Positions 37,360 to 48,202 of a stretch of 64,000 bases of DNA are shown here, piece by piece (position 1 is the first letter of the stretch; each line of letters opens with the position of its first letter). The notes beneath the pieces are model-generated. The model saw nothing but the letters and a program-made list of their open reading frames with translations, did no database searches and was not told the origin of the DNA. The stretch is from assembly GCA_002839445.1 (NCBI GenBank), contig PGYB01000006.1, positions 1 through 64,000 on the forward strand. The letters are read 5' to 3'. Source of the DNA: Candidatus Riflebacteria bacterium HGW-Riflebacteria-1 (lineage in GTDB: Bacteria > Muiribacteriota > Ozemobacteria > Ozemobacterales > Ozemobacteraceae). The position numbers and the translations under genes were made by a program.

Positions 37360-39441
37360 GTGGTAAAAAATCTCAGCATCGTAGCACTGATTTTAATGTG
37401 CACGCTGGCCGGGCTGCTGATAAAAGATTACATGAGCATGCCCAGTCGTAATCTCGTGATATTTTACACGTCTAATCTGCGTGGACAAATCAAGCCTTTT
37501 TCTGGAGCCATTCAAGATCAGCAATATCAGCAGATTGGTGGGCTTGCTTTTATCAAAGGCTTTATTAGTGAGACTTCGAAGGCTTTTAATTTCAAGCCAG
37601 ACGAGGTTCTTCTGCTCGACACCGGAGATGCGTTGTTCGGAACCGCTGAAGCATCGCTTACCATGGGCGAAGTTCCTTTACGACTGATGGGTAAAGCTGG
37701 ATATCACGCCATGACCATTGGCAATCTTGAATTCGAATATGGATTTGACCGGCTCAAGAGCTTTATCAGCACAGGCCAGGTGCCCATGCTGTCTTGCAAT
37801 TACCGCGATGTTACTTCGCCGGTTGGCGACACATTCAAACCGGGCATGATCATCGAAAAGGGTGGCGTTAAGGTTGGTATTATTGGCCTGGGGCATGGCG
37901 AACTGGCTCGCAACACGCGTCAGGACAATATTGTCAATCTCGAAATCATCGATTTCAAGTCTTCTGTTCAGAAAACAGCTGCGCAGCTCAAAGCTGAAGG
38001 AGCAGAGATAATCGTTCTGCTTTCCCACCACCCGGCTGTCGGCAATCTTGATAATCCTGGCGAAGTTTTTCCTGATATCGACATTATCATCGGTGACCTG
38101 ATCGGTCCCGGAGCGGTTATCAGCGGGCGACCCCTGATTTGTCAGACAGCACCCGCCCGAGGCGGCGGTGTTGGCATGGCCAAAATCTCATACTCTGGCG
38201 GAAAATGGGATATCGCGCGTGGATTTCAGCGCATTTTCACCGTTGATGCTGAAAAGATAACTCCTGATGCAGAACTGTCTGCAGAAATCAGTCGGGTAGA
38301 AGCAAAAATAGACACTTTGCTCGACGAGATTGTTACGAGCAGCGCTGGTAGTTTTACCAATTCATACGCCGAAGAATCGACTACCGGCAAGCTTATCGCA
38401 GATTGCATGAGGGCGACCGCCCAGACCCAGATTGCTTTTACCAATTCTGGCGGTATTAAAGCAGCGCTTGGCCAGGGTCCGGTTACTCTTCGCCATCTCT
38501 ACGACATGCTGCCTTTTGAAAACACCCTGATAGCAATAGAACTCACCGGCTGGCAGATCGAGAACCTTGTTGAAGAGGGGCTATCCGGTAAAACCGGTTT
38601 TTTGCAGCCATCTGGCATAAGCTGCACCTATTCAAGCTCAAACCCGGCTGGCTTCAGACTTGTGCAAATCTACGTCGGCGACGAACCGCTTGAATTTACC
38701 AAGACCTATAGCGTTGCCGTGAACGATTTCATGTATACAAACCAGCATGACTGGCCAGAACTGAATCTGGGCAAAAACCCGCAGGTGCGTGGTCTGGTGC
38801 GAGAGGGTCTCGAAACCTATCTGCGCAAGTCACCAGTCATAACACCGGCGGCCGAAGCCAGATTCGGCGATTCTCTCAACCTCGACGAAACTTTGCGCAT
38901 ACAGGCCCTTTCTTACGAACTGGCGAGTCTGACTCCAGCAGTCAACCATGACGGCACCAGCAATTCAGAATATTCGAGACTTCTGGCTGAGGTTATCCGC
39001 CTCGAAACCGGCACTGATTTTTCGTTTATTCCATCGGCGCTGGTCAACAAGACGCGTGAACCCTTGATATCGGTAACGCCAGCGCGTATTGCTTCAGACT
39101 TTTCCACTGCAGAAGGTGTAAAAACTGCAGAAATTAGCGGTGCCGTGCTTGAAAAGCTGGTAGCGGCAGCTGTTGCTTCTGAAAGCGCTTTAACGTTTTC
39201 AGGGCTTTCTGTTGAGATACTTGAAGGTGGCAAGCTTAAAATATTGCCATGGAGAGGCAATTTTGCCGCGAACAACATATACAAAATTGCAGTTAACGAA
39301 AATTTCAAGGAAAAGGTCGCCGACCGTTATGATCTGACCGGTCTTGAAACAACAAAGGTTTTCAACGATATTCGCCGGGTCTTTATCAACGGTCTGCGAG
39401 CAAGAAACGGGCAGGTAGAGATAAAACGTGCACTTTATTGA
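37360..39441 (+). CDS. Bifunctional metallophosphatase / 5'-nucleotidase (UshA-like), secreted or membrane-anchored, 693 aa.
   Basis: N-terminal hydrophobic anchor. Calcineurin-like motifs (LLDTGDALFG, GNLEFEYG). 5'-nucleotidase C-terminal domain features (FTNSGGIKAAL). Confidence 0.7.
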   Translation: MVKNLSIVALILMCTLAGLLIKDYMSMPSRNLVIFYTSNLRGQIKPFSGAIQDQQYQQIGGLAFIKGFISETSKAFNFKPDEVLLLDTGDALFGTAEASLTMGEVPLRLMGKAGYHAMTIGNLEFEYGFDRLKSFISTGQVPMLSCNYRDVTSPVGDTFKPGMIIEKGGVKVGIIGLGHGELARNTRQDNIVNLEIIDFKSSVQKTAAQLKAEGAEIIVLLSHHPAVGNLDNPGEVFPDIDIIIGDLIGPGAVISGRPLICQTAPARGGGVGMAKISYSGGKWDIARGFQRIFTVDAEKITPDAELSAEISRVEAKIDTLLDEIVTSSAGSFTNSYAEESTTGKLIADCMRATAQTQIAFTNSGGIKAALGQGPVTLRHLYDMLPFENTLIAIELTGWQIENLVEEGLSGKTGFLQPSGISCTYSSSNPAGFRLVQIYVGDEPLEFTKTYSVAVNDFMYTNQHDWPELNLGKNPQVRGLVREGLETYLRKSPVITPAAEARFGDSLNLDETLRIQALSYELASLTPAVNHDGTSNSEYSRLLAEVIRLETGTDFSFIPSALVNKTREPLISVTPARIASDFSTAEGVKTAEISGAVLEKLVAAAVASESALTFSGLSVEILEGGKLKILPWRGNFAANNIYKIAVNENFKEKVADRYDLTGLETTKVFNDIRRVFINGLRARNGQVEIKRALY

Positions 39442-41494
39442 TTTCATACGAGGCCGCAAGCTGAAGTTTAAAATCCTTCTTCTGTTTGTTCTCATTCTTG
39501 TTTTACCTCTAGCCGTTTTGATGGGCATTACGCTTGACCGCATTTCGAGAAAGGCCGCCGAAGATTTTAAGAGTAAACTGGGCTATGCAGCCAGCCTTTT
39601 CAGAGAGAGCCTAGAAGACCAGCTCGACTCTCTCAAGATTCGCGCCAAGACAGTCGCTGATTTTGATTTCTACACTCTTGCCGGTGTCGGCTTTAATGCC
39701 GAAACTACCGTGCCGCTTATGCAATATGAGCTGGTTCGTTCCGGGCTTGATTATATTGCCATCATCAAAAACCGTGCCGAGGTAGTTGTCGAACAGGGGA
39801 CCCCGCCAACAGAATCACTCTTGAAAATAATTCCGGCAATGTGCCACTCGCCATTGAACGTTAACCTGTACGTTATTGGCGACGAGCCCTGGATATTTGC
39901 CGCGGCAATGATCACCAAATTCAAGAGCGAGCAGCCCCAGCACGTAATTTTTGCGCAAAGGCTGCCACGCGATTTTGCCGACAAGCTTAAAAGTTTAACC
40001 GGCGCCGAGTTTTCACTTAATTATGCAGGCAATCGCATTCTGACCAGCCAGATGGACATTTATAGCAAGCGAAACATCGGTCGCATACTCGATAATCCTG
40101 ACTTGAAAAGTGGCCAGATGCAGATTACAAGCCGCTCGCATTCGTTCGTGCGAGAAGAAGCTCTCAAAGGGCAGATTTCTGAAACAATCAGACTTGAAAT
40201 CGCTCTGCCAGACTCAGAATACAACACTCTCGGGCAGACCATTCAGCGTGACTTTATCGTTTTAGGTCTGTTTGGCCTGGCCCTGGCTTTGGCAACCGGC
40301 ACAGTTCTGTCATGGCATATCGCGGGCCCGATTAATAGTCTTGCCGAAAGCACCTCGCTGGTTACCCGCGGTGCTATGAGTGTATTGCCTATAACCGTCC
40401 GCAAGGATGAAATAGGTGATCTGTCGAACAATTTTCGTGAAATGGTTATCAGTATCAGCAATGAAAAAGAGATGAAAGAACAGCGTGTACGTGAACTCAA
40501 TACTCTGTTCGAGATAAGCAATGCGGTTAATCTTTTCACCGACTCAGAAGAACTGCTGAAGTTCGTGCTGACCCAGGGCATAGATGCGCTTGAAGCTGAG
40601 CGCGGTTCAATCATGCTGCTCGATGACAGCACCGACGAGCTTATCGTCAAGGTGGCCAGCGGTGGGCGTTATCGTGTGTTTGCCGGTAACCCGGTAAAGC
40701 TGGGTAATGGCATATGTGGTCAGGTAGCAAAAAGCGGCAGCGGTATAATCTGCAACGATGGCTTCAAAGACCCGCGATTCAGGAATTTCGGTAGTCTGAT
40801 GCCGGTAGAAGACATTCAAAGTCTTATCTGTTCACCACTTAAATTTAAAGATGGCATTATCGGTGTAATCAACATTGTAAACAAGCGCAATGGCAGCGAG
40901 TTTAAAGACAGCGACCTGTCGTTGTTAAATCTGATTGCTTCTCAGGCCGCAGTGACTATCGAAAACAACAAGCTCTACGAGCTTTCTATCACTGATGGCA
41001 TGACCAGGCTTTTTGTTCACCGTTACTTTCAGGCCAGATTAGCCGAAGAAGTTCTGAGAGCTCGGCGCTACGGGCTGACAATGAGCCTGATAATGATGGA
41101 TATTGATAATTTCAAGAAGTTTAATGACACCTACGGTCATCAGGTTGGCGACCAGGTTATTCAAAAGGTTGCACAGAGCATCAGAGAAACGGTGCGTACA
41201 GGAATCGATGTTCCATGCCGTTATGGTGGCGAAGAGATGGCGGTGATTTTTCCAGAGACGCGTGCAGAAGAAGCTTTTCAGACTGCCGAACGTCTTCGCG
41301 AGAGGATTGCAGCGATTACCGTTCAGCACAGCAGTGGCGACCTCCGCATTACTGTCAGTATTGGTGTGTCTTCCTACCCGGTTCATGCGCATGACCGCGA
41401 GAGCCTGATCAAGGTTGCCGACAAAGCTCTATATGCAAGCAAAGGCGCCGGCAAAAACCGATCAACCCTTGCTCCGGAGCCCGGGCAGGTATGA
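39428..41494 (+). CDS. Membrane sensor diguanylate cyclase (TM-HAMP-GAF-GGDEF) with variant active-site motif GGEEM, 688 aa.
   Basis: N-terminal TM helix, HAMP-like region after the second TM, a GAF region, and a C-terminal GGDEF domain with RYGGEEMAVIF. The start taken is a GTG overlapping the upstream gene. An alternative ATG at 39521 would remove the TM helix. Confidence 0.7.
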   Translation: MHFIDFIRGRKLKFKILLLFVLILVLPLAVLMGITLDRISRKAAEDFKSKLGYAASLFRESLEDQLDSLKIRAKTVADFDFYTLAGVGFNAETTVPLMQYELVRSGLDYIAIIKNRAEVVVEQGTPPTESLLKIIPAMCHSPLNVNLYVIGDEPWIFAAAMITKFKSEQPQHVIFAQRLPRDFADKLKSLTGAEFSLNYAGNRILTSQMDIYSKRNIGRILDNPDLKSGQMQITSRSHSFVREEALKGQISETIRLEIALPDSEYNTLGQTIQRDFIVLGLFGLALALATGTVLSWHIAGPINSLAESTSLVTRGAMSVLPITVRKDEIGDLSNNFREMVISISNEKEMKEQRVRELNTLFEISNAVNLFTDSEELLKFVLTQGIDALEAERGSIMLLDDSTDELIVKVASGGRYRVFAGNPVKLGNGICGQVAKSGSGIICNDGFKDPRFRNFGSLMPVEDIQSLICSPLKFKDGIIGVINIVNKRNGSEFKDSDLSLLNLIASQAAVTIENNKLYELSITDGMTRLFVHRYFQARLAEEVLRARRYGLTMSLIMMDIDNFKKFNDTYGHQVGDQVIQKVAQSIRETVRTGIDVPCRYGGEEMAVIFPETRAEEAFQTAERLRERIAAITVQHSSGDLRITVSIGVSSYPVHAHDRESLIKVADKALYASKGAGKNRSTLAPEPGQV

Positions 41495-42390
41495 GCAACT
41501 CGCTTGCCTGCATTCTTGTGGCCTTGTGTGGCATATTGCGCAGTACCGACCTGTATTTTCGTACGCCGGTCATCGCCAGTCTGCCGGTAATAGTGCTTAT
41601 TTCATGGGAACATCTGATCAACCTGGTGGTGGTAAGCCCAATTTTCTGGCTGAAGCGCCGTCAGTTCTCTCTTTTGTGCACGCGGGACATGCTGTACTTT
41701 TTGATGGTTGGCTTTGGTGCGTCGGCACTGGGGATTTTGTGTTTTACCGAGGCCTTTCGCTACATAAACCCTGCCCTTGCGGTGTTGATGCAAAAATTGC
41801 AACCGGTAATAACAATTACACTTGGCATTGTTCTACTGGGTGAAAAAGTAAGCCGGCGTTTTATTGGATGGTCAGCCGTGGCAATAATCTGTTCATATTT
41901 TGTTTCCTTTGGCTTGACTGATCCGTTTACCGGCGAGTGGAAGAAGGCCGCCACCGGTGCTGCTTTTGCCGTCGGCGCGGCTTTTTTCTGGGGTAGCGGC
42001 ACAGTGTGGGGTAAAATACTGTTGAAGAAGTATGATCAGAGCTTTGTTCTGGCCAGCCGCTTTCTGTTTGGCAGCATTTTCACCGTGTCACTCGCGTTTG
42101 TTTTTCATGGCGGGTTAAAATCAGATCTGGTAATCGGCGAGAGTCTGTATAAAAGCATTTTTTACATGGCGATAATATCTGGCGTTCTGGCTACCAGTTT
42201 TTTTTATGCCGGACTGAAATGGGTAAAGGCATCACTTGCTTCGGTATTGGAGCTCTTTTTTCCGGTATCGTCAGTATTGATAATGTGGTTGAGTTTTAAC
42301 CGGCCAATAAGCTTGCTGCAGATATATGCAGCGGTTGTGATGTTTTACGCGGTGTTTCAGATTAATAAACTGGCCGAGCCCGCGCAGTGA
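41491..42390 (+). CDS. EamA/DMT-superfamily transporter, 299 aa.
   Basis: About 10 predicted TM helices in two halves. ATGA overlap with the upstream gene. Confidence 0.6.
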   Translation: MSNSLACILVALCGILRSTDLYFRTPVIASLPVIVLISWEHLINLVVVSPIFWLKRRQFSLLCTRDMLYFLMVGFGASALGILCFTEAFRYINPALAVLMQKLQPVITITLGIVLLGEKVSRRFIGWSAVAIICSYFVSFGLTDPFTGEWKKAATGAAFAVGAAFFWGSGTVWGKILLKKYDQSFVLASRFLFGSIFTVSLAFVFHGGLKSDLVIGESLYKSIFYMAIISGVLATSFFYAGLKWVKASLASVLELFFPVSSVLIMWLSFNRPISLLQIYAAVVMFYAVFQINKLAEPAQ

Positions 42391-42410
42391 CCTGACAGAA
42401 TCTGTTCAGT

Positions 42411-42773
42411 TCACTGCCCTTTATCGCCGTCTGCTTTTACGAGCATCTGGTATATCTGGTATTTTTTCTGGTAGAGGGCCAGGGCCTGCAGGGTGTCTAT
42501 TGTCTGGGGACCGCTTTCGCGAAGCAGTCTGACATACTCGTTGTAAGCTTCGAGATATTCTTTTTGCGCGTATTCAAGCGGAGAAATTTTTATTGCCCGG
42601 GTTGTTGTCGGGTTAGAGGTCTCAACAGTAGTCATCTGAACCGGGTCAGAAGAAAGCAGCCTTGAGTCACTGCCGGTTTGCGGGCGCGACAGGTCAGGAT
42701 TCTGGCTGCAGCCAGTGATTGCAACTGCTGCCAGCGCGAAAAACACAACTATATTTCTTGTTTGATGACTCAT
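42411..42773 (-). CDS. Putative lipoprotein, 120 aa.
   Basis: MSHQTRNIVVFFALAAVAITGCSQ carries a lipobox (ITGC). An alternative ATG lies 10 codons upstream. Confidence 0.45.
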   Translation of the reverse strand: MSHQTRNIVVFFALAAVAITGCSQNPDLSRPQTGSDSRLLSSDPVQMTTVETSNPTTTRAIKISPLEYAQKEYLEAYNEYVRLLRESGPQTIDTLQALALYQKKYQIYQMLVKADGDKGQ

Positions 42774-43020
42774 GACTTTTTGATTATAGGTATAAACCGG
42801 CATCCTGTCAAGAGTTGATCAGTCAGAGTTTTTTGCCGTTTCAGATCGGTGCGCAGGCGCTTTGTGCCTCACACAAAAAAATACTTGAATGTACTGTGCG
42901 AAGATAGTATAATACCTCGATTTAAGAGGAGTCGGAGAGCCTGAAACATCTTTTGAAAGATGTATTACACAACATGGCACCGCGAAATAGCAAAACTGTC
43001 ACCCAGGAAAGGGGAGCTTC

Positions 43021-44199
43021 ATGAAAACTATTCTCGAAAAAGGCATCATTTTTTACCAGGGGAAATTTCAGGAGTTGGATAAACTGGTTATCGAAAAGGG
43101 AAAGATAACAGAAATCACTCTTACGTCGGCCAAGGCCAAAAAAGGCAAAGCCGTACCTGCGCCAAAAAAGAAAACAGAAGCCAGTGCCACTGTAATTGAC
43201 TGCAGTGATGAGTACATACTTCCAGGTTTTATAGATGCTCATACCCACATCAGCCTCGAAGAAGAAGGTGTTGGCTGGTATGATGCAGATTTCAACGAAT
43301 CATTCGGCCTTGCTACACCACATGTAAGAGCTTTTGACGCTCTAAAAATGCGCGATCGCGCTTTTAAAGACGCTTTGCACGGTGGCGTTACCACCGCCAT
43401 GATTACTCCGGGCTCAGCTAACCCGATTGGCGGCCAGTGCTGCATCGTAAAAATGGTCGGCAACACAGCTGAAGCAGCTGTAATCAAAGAGAGTTCCGGA
43501 ATGAAATTCGCTTTTGGCGAAAATCCCAAACGCGTATATGGTGAACAGAAAAAATTCCCGAGCACCCGCATGGGCACCGCTGCAGTAATTCGCGAATGGC
43601 TTATGAAAGCCCAGGATTACCTCAAGCGCAAAAAAACCAAAGAATTCAAAGAGCGCGAAATCAAACTTGAAGCTCTGCTGCCATTGATCGAAGGCAAAAT
43701 TCAGGCTCGTGCACACGCGCATCAGGCTGATGATATCATTACCGCCTATCGCATTGCCCAGGAATTCAACCTTGAAATGGTTTTTGACCACTGCACCGAA
43801 GGGCATCTCATCGCCAAAGAACTCGGCAAGTGGAAAGCTCGCGCCGTTGTTGGCCCGACTTTTTCAAGTCGCTGCAAACCAGAACTGCGCAACAAAACAT
43901 TTGAAACCGTTGAGATTCTCATGGATGAAGGTTGCGTCGTTGCACTGACTACTGACCACCCGGTAATTCCTATCGAAGGCCTCAGCGTAGCAGCAGCAAT
44001 GTGTGTTCGGCATGGCCTCGACGAAGAACGCGCCATCAAAGCTATCACCGAGAACCCGGCAATCATACTTGGTCTTGATAAACGCCTGGGCAAACTTGAA
44101 GTTGGCTATGACGCAGACGTCGTTGTCTGGGATGGCCACCCTCTCGATACCCGCTCAAAAACCAAAGCGGTATTCGTTGACGGCAACAAGGTAATCTGA
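43021..44199 (+). CDS. Metal-dependent amidohydrolase family protein, 392 aa.
   Basis: FIDAHTHISLEEEG (HxH), internal His/Asp ligand positions, and a C-terminal DADVVVWDGHPLD. Paralogous to the next gene. Confidence 0.6.
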   Translation: MKTILEKGIIFYQGKFQELDKLVIEKGKITEITLTSAKAKKGKAVPAPKKKTEASATVIDCSDEYILPGFIDAHTHISLEEEGVGWYDADFNESFGLATPHVRAFDALKMRDRAFKDALHGGVTTAMITPGSANPIGGQCCIVKMVGNTAEAAVIKESSGMKFAFGENPKRVYGEQKKFPSTRMGTAAVIREWLMKAQDYLKRKKTKEFKEREIKLEALLPLIEGKIQARAHAHQADDIITAYRIAQEFNLEMVFDHCTEGHLIAKELGKWKARAVVGPTFSSRCKPELRNKTFETVEILMDEGCVVALTTDHPVIPIEGLSVAAAMCVRHGLDEERAIKAITENPAIILGLDKRLGKLEVGYDADVVVWDGHPLDTRSKTKAVFVDGNKVI

Positions 44200-44244
44200 T
44201 AACCGAGCCTTCTTGCTCTTTTAAACTGTAAAAGAGGCTGTTAC

Positions 44245-45408
44245 ATGTCAATTATATTCAATAACGTTCGCATACCGATGAGCGGCACGTTTTTTCCCGG
44301 CCAGAAAGTGCTGGTAGAAAAAGGCAAGATCGCTTCTGTAGGTTCAATGATTCGCAAGAACGTTGAAAAGGTTATCGAGTGCGAGCAGAAATATCTGATT
44401 CCAGGTCTGATCGATGCCCACAGCCATCTCGGACTCTTCGAAAGCTCTACTTCAGTTGATGATATCAACGAGCCTTTTGCCGACATAACCCCGCATCTGC
44501 GACCACTTGACGGCGTAAAGATGCGTGATCGCGCCATGGAAGACGCCAGAAGAGCCGGAATTTCTACCTGCATGGTTTGCCCAGGCTCAGAACGGCCAAT
44601 CTCTGGCATTTGCTCTATTCTCAAAACCAACGGCAACTCCGCAGATGTCGGCTTGATCGTTGAACAGGCCGGGGTTCTGATGTCTTTTGGCGAACAGGTC
44701 AAGATCGCTGCAAGAAACGGCGAAAAGTCCTATGTCACCAGAATGGGTATTTCAGCGCTGATCAGAGAGACCTTGATGAAAGCCCAGGATTACTACGCCC
44801 TCAAACAGAGCAAAAAGATGGTTAAAGACCGCGAAATCGACATGGAAGCTTTGATCCCGTTGATCAGAGGCGAAGTTCCCATGCGAGCCTGCGCGCATCG
44901 TGCCGAAGACATTATGGCTGCCATCAGAATAGCCGAAGAATTCAAGCTTAAGCTGGTTATCGAGTATGGCACCGAAGCACATATGCTCGCCACTGTTCTT
45001 GCCGACAAAAAGATTCCGGTAGTGCTCGGTCCGACGCTGATTCCGCGTTTCAGGTATGAGCTCAACGAGAAAACCTTCGAAAGCGCGAAGATTCTCATGG
45101 ATGCCGGCGTAGAAGTAGCATTCACCTGCGATTACCCCGGTCTTCCCATAGAAACCCTGCGTGTTGCCGCTGCCATGGCGATTCAGTACGGTCTCGATGA
45201 AAAGCGCGCTCTTGCAGCTATTACCGATGTTCCAGCCAGCATACTTGGCGTTGAAGAGCGGTTGGGCAAAATCAAAAAAGGTCTCGACGGCGACCTGGCC
45301 CTGTTCTCTGGACACCCGCTTGATATCAGGTCTCGCCTTGAAGCTCTGGTAGTCGATGGTGACCTTTTTGTATTTTCTGATGAACTCAAAGTAGAATCCG
45401 GAACTTAA
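44245..45408 (+). CDS. Metal-dependent amidohydrolase family protein (tandem paralog), 387 aa.
   Basis: LIDAHSHLGLFESS and the same layout as 43021-44199. Confidence 0.6.
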   Translation: MSIIFNNVRIPMSGTFFPGQKVLVEKGKIASVGSMIRKNVEKVIECEQKYLIPGLIDAHSHLGLFESSTSVDDINEPFADITPHLRPLDGVKMRDRAMEDARRAGISTCMVCPGSERPISGICSILKTNGNSADVGLIVEQAGVLMSFGEQVKIAARNGEKSYVTRMGISALIRETLMKAQDYYALKQSKKMVKDREIDMEALIPLIRGEVPMRACAHRAEDIMAAIRIAEEFKLKLVIEYGTEAHMLATVLADKKIPVVLGPTLIPRFRYELNEKTFESAKILMDAGVEVAFTCDYPGLPIETLRVAAAMAIQYGLDEKRALAAITDVPASILGVEERLGKIKKGLDGDLALFSGHPLDIRSRLEALVVDGDLFVFSDELKVESGT

Positions 45409-45515
45409 ACAACCGACCACGAACTAAAAATAGACCGCCTCGCCGATCCAATGGGATCAATGCGAGGCGGTTTTTTTATCTGTGGCGACCAGCAGCTTTG
45501 CCGACTAAGTTTTTT

Positions 45516-45752
45516 TTAAACTTTTGATTCGCCTTTTGCCAGTACGAATTTGATGCGGACCGGCAGTATTTTGCCCTGTTCGCGAATCGTTGCTCCGCTG
45601 GCAAAAATTATGCGGCGAGTACGCGTGGCCTTGCGCAGATCAAGGGACCAGCGTTTGTTTGTACTGCAAATTCTGGCATTGCCCGGCCGATTGCGCGAAA
45701 ATATCTTGCTGAGACTCTTGGTGTCGAGAATGTTAAACTTTACTTTCTTCAT
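45516..45752 (-). CDS. Small basic hypothetical protein, 78 aa.
   Basis: pI clearly basic (K/R-rich). No secure family match. Confidence 0.3.
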   Translation of the reverse strand: MKKVKFNILDTKSLSKIFSRNRPGNARICSTNKRWSLDLRKATRTRRIIFASGATIREQGKILPVRIKFVLAKGESKV

Positions 45753-45852
45753 ACTGAAAATCTAACACAATCAGAGTAACAATTCAACAGATTTGCCGAC
45801 TGAACGCTGATATGTTATGATTGCGCGACAAAAAACTAAAGGTGATAAAAAA

Positions 45853-47259
45853 ATGACTGAAAAATCAGTGTCAAGTGACTGCAAAATCTTTGTTAATCGC
45901 ACTCTCAATATGAATTCGATCAAGATGATCGGCTTCGATATGGACTACACGCTGGTTACGTACAATGTTCCAGCTTTTGAGGCCAAAGCTTATGAGATAC
46001 TCAAAGAAAAGCTTATCCGTGAGTATAAATACCCCTCCGTTATCAGGGATTTTGTATTTCAAAACGACTTCATCATACGCGGCCTGGTTATTGATACGGA
46101 AACCGGCGATTTTCTGAAAGTCAACCGCTATGGTTTTGTTCGCGTCGCTTCGCATGGTACCCGCTTTTACGGGTTCGAAGAACAAAAAGAAAAATACGGC
46201 CCGAACGGCATCGACATGAGCGATTCGCGCTATTACATCGTGCATACTCTTTTTTCGCAGGCAGAGGGTTGCATGTATGCGCAACTCGTTGACTATTATG
46301 ACGCGATCAGTCAGAAGGTCAATTATCGACAGCTGTTTCTCGAAGTAAGAAAGTGTCTCAATGACGCTCATCAGGAAGAAGAGCTCAAGGGCGACGTGGC
46401 GAAACATCCCGAAAAATACCTGATAAAGGACCAGCGAATTGTTGACGCACTGATCAAGTTCAAGAAGTTTGGCAAAAAGCTTGCGTTGATTACCAATTCA
46501 GATTACGAATACAGTCGCAAAGCGATGGAATACTGCTTTAATCCCTATCTCAAAATGCCGTGGCAGAAACTGTTTGATCTGGTCATTGTCGCGGCGAACA
46601 AGCCAGAATATTTTACCGCGCGCAACCGTTACCAGAAGGTTGATCCCGAAACCGGCCTGCTGTCAAATTTCTATGGCCAGATTGAGTGGGGCGGCCTCTA
46701 TCAGGGTGGCAATGCCGCGATTCTCGAAAAACATCTTGATTTGAAGCCATCTGAAATACTGTATCTGGGCGACCACATTCTTGGTGATGTTGTTACCTTG
46801 AAAGAAACCATCGGCTGGCGTACCGGGCTGGTAGTGCAGGAACTGGCTGAAGAAGTTCCTATTCTCGAAAAAACGCAGCTTCTTCATCAGAAAATCGCTG
46901 ACTTAATGTTCGAAAAAGAGCGTCTCGAAGACCAGTCTCTGGAATTGCGCGAAAAGATGTGGCTCAAAACTGGAGACCAGGATTCCGCGCGCAAAAAGTG
47001 GGAAGAAATCAAAGCGAAACTGATCAAAGTCGACGACGAAGTTCGTGATCTCATTTTCGCCACCCAGGAAGGGTTTAACAAGCATTGGGGCGAAGTAATG
47101 CGCGCCGGCAACGAGATTTCGCGCTTCGCAACTCTTGTTGAGAGATACGCCTGCATCTACATGTCAGGGATCGCCAACCTGTATTACTATTCACCATTCA
47201 AATATTACCGTTCAAAGCGGCGCCTGTTAGCGCACGACCCCGATCTCGATCTCGAATGA
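45853..47259 (+). CDS. HAD-superfamily cytosolic 5'-nucleotidase (cN-II type, 5_nucleotid family), 468 aa.
   Basis: IGFDMDYTLVTY carries the HAD motif I (DxDxT) in the characteristic cN-II context. RBS AAGGTGA before the ATG at 45853. Confidence 0.65.
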   Translation: MTEKSVSSDCKIFVNRTLNMNSIKMIGFDMDYTLVTYNVPAFEAKAYEILKEKLIREYKYPSVIRDFVFQNDFIIRGLVIDTETGDFLKVNRYGFVRVASHGTRFYGFEEQKEKYGPNGIDMSDSRYYIVHTLFSQAEGCMYAQLVDYYDAISQKVNYRQLFLEVRKCLNDAHQEEELKGDVAKHPEKYLIKDQRIVDALIKFKKFGKKLALITNSDYEYSRKAMEYCFNPYLKMPWQKLFDLVIVAANKPEYFTARNRYQKVDPETGLLSNFYGQIEWGGLYQGGNAAILEKHLDLKPSEILYLGDHILGDVVTLKETIGWRTGLVVQELAEEVPILEKTQLLHQKIADLMFEKERLEDQSLELREKMWLKTGDQDSARKKWEEIKAKLIKVDDEVRDLIFATQEGFNKHWGEVMRAGNEISRFATLVERYACIYMSGIANLYYYSPFKYYRSKRRLLAHDPDLDLE

Positions 47260-47506
47260 GTGTGCTGAGTAATATCTGATCCGATTGAGGATCATGTGCA
47301 GTATGCGACTTTATTGAGATCAGCTCAGAGCTGGCTTTTTGGCCAAGGATGGCCTTATACATTTGCGCAACGGGAATGGTGCGCAAATGTGCCGTCTTCG
47401 GCATACTGCTTCGTCACTTTATTCCTCGCAATGACGGACTTAGAGCCGTTTTGTCGTTGTGAGCAAGCAATGTCAAATACAGGAATATTGTGTGTCGTTC
47501 TAATGC

Positions 47507-48157
47507 TCAGGCTTTCTTTGTTGTGTATGGATCGTCTCTATCAGCCGATTTAGACTCGTCTTCATTGAAAAACTGGTCGGCCCATTCTGTTTCTTCAGTC
47601 TCGCCGTCTTCGGGCTCGCTCTCATCAAAAAGCTCTTTTTCGTCGCGCTGCGCATCTTTTTTAGACAGATAGCCGGCTTCGAGATTTTTGCGTCTGACCT
47701 CTGCGGCCATGCCGATTAGTGGAAACACGGACGCCAGGATGGTGCCGATCATGCCCCAGAACGCGCCAAAGCCTGTCTGCAGAGCATCTTGATAAACCAT
47801 GATAACCGATCTGAACCAGCCATCGGGCATGAGTTCCTGACCAAGCTCAATGGCCTTGTTGTCGTAGATTATTATAACTTCGTGCGTCAGAAAAAATGCA
47901 GCAAAAATGCCGATGAAGAAAGCCGTAAAATAGTTTTTGCGCAAGGCAAATATGAAGCCAGCCATGCAGCTGAGCATTACCGGCAGACCAACGCCGCCGG
48001 CGCGCCAGCTTTGCGCGACGACTGGTGTAAAATCAAGAAAGGTAGAGAATATAACCAGGGCAAAACCAGATGCCGTAAGCACGCTGATCGGGTCTATAGA
48101 AAAACCAGGATCAAATACTCCGGAATTGCCTTTTGAAAACTGAGTGTTGTCGTACAC
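47507..48157 (-). CDS. Hypothetical integral membrane protein with acidic C-terminal tail, 216 aa.
   Basis: About 5 hydrophobic helices followed by an E/D-rich tail. Confidence 0.4.
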   Translation of the reverse strand: MYDNTQFSKGNSGVFDPGFSIDPISVLTASGFALVIFSTFLDFTPVVAQSWRAGGVGLPVMLSCMAGFIFALRKNYFTAFFIGIFAAFFLTHEVIIIYDNKAIELGQELMPDGWFRSVIMVYQDALQTGFGAFWGMIGTILASVFPLIGMAAEVRRKNLEAGYLSKKDAQRDEKELFDESEPEDGETEETEWADQFFNEDESKSADRDDPYTTKKA

Positions 48158-48202
48158 TTTAATCTCCTGCGCTGTTATTCAATGCTGAGATAGAATCGTT
48201 AA

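Noticed and set aside
45516-45752. Possible ribosomal protein bL28 assignment for the 78-aa basic protein.
   Set aside because: It lacks the conserved GN.VSH.N..TKRRF.PNL block and the Cys pair. Similarity is limited to basic composition.
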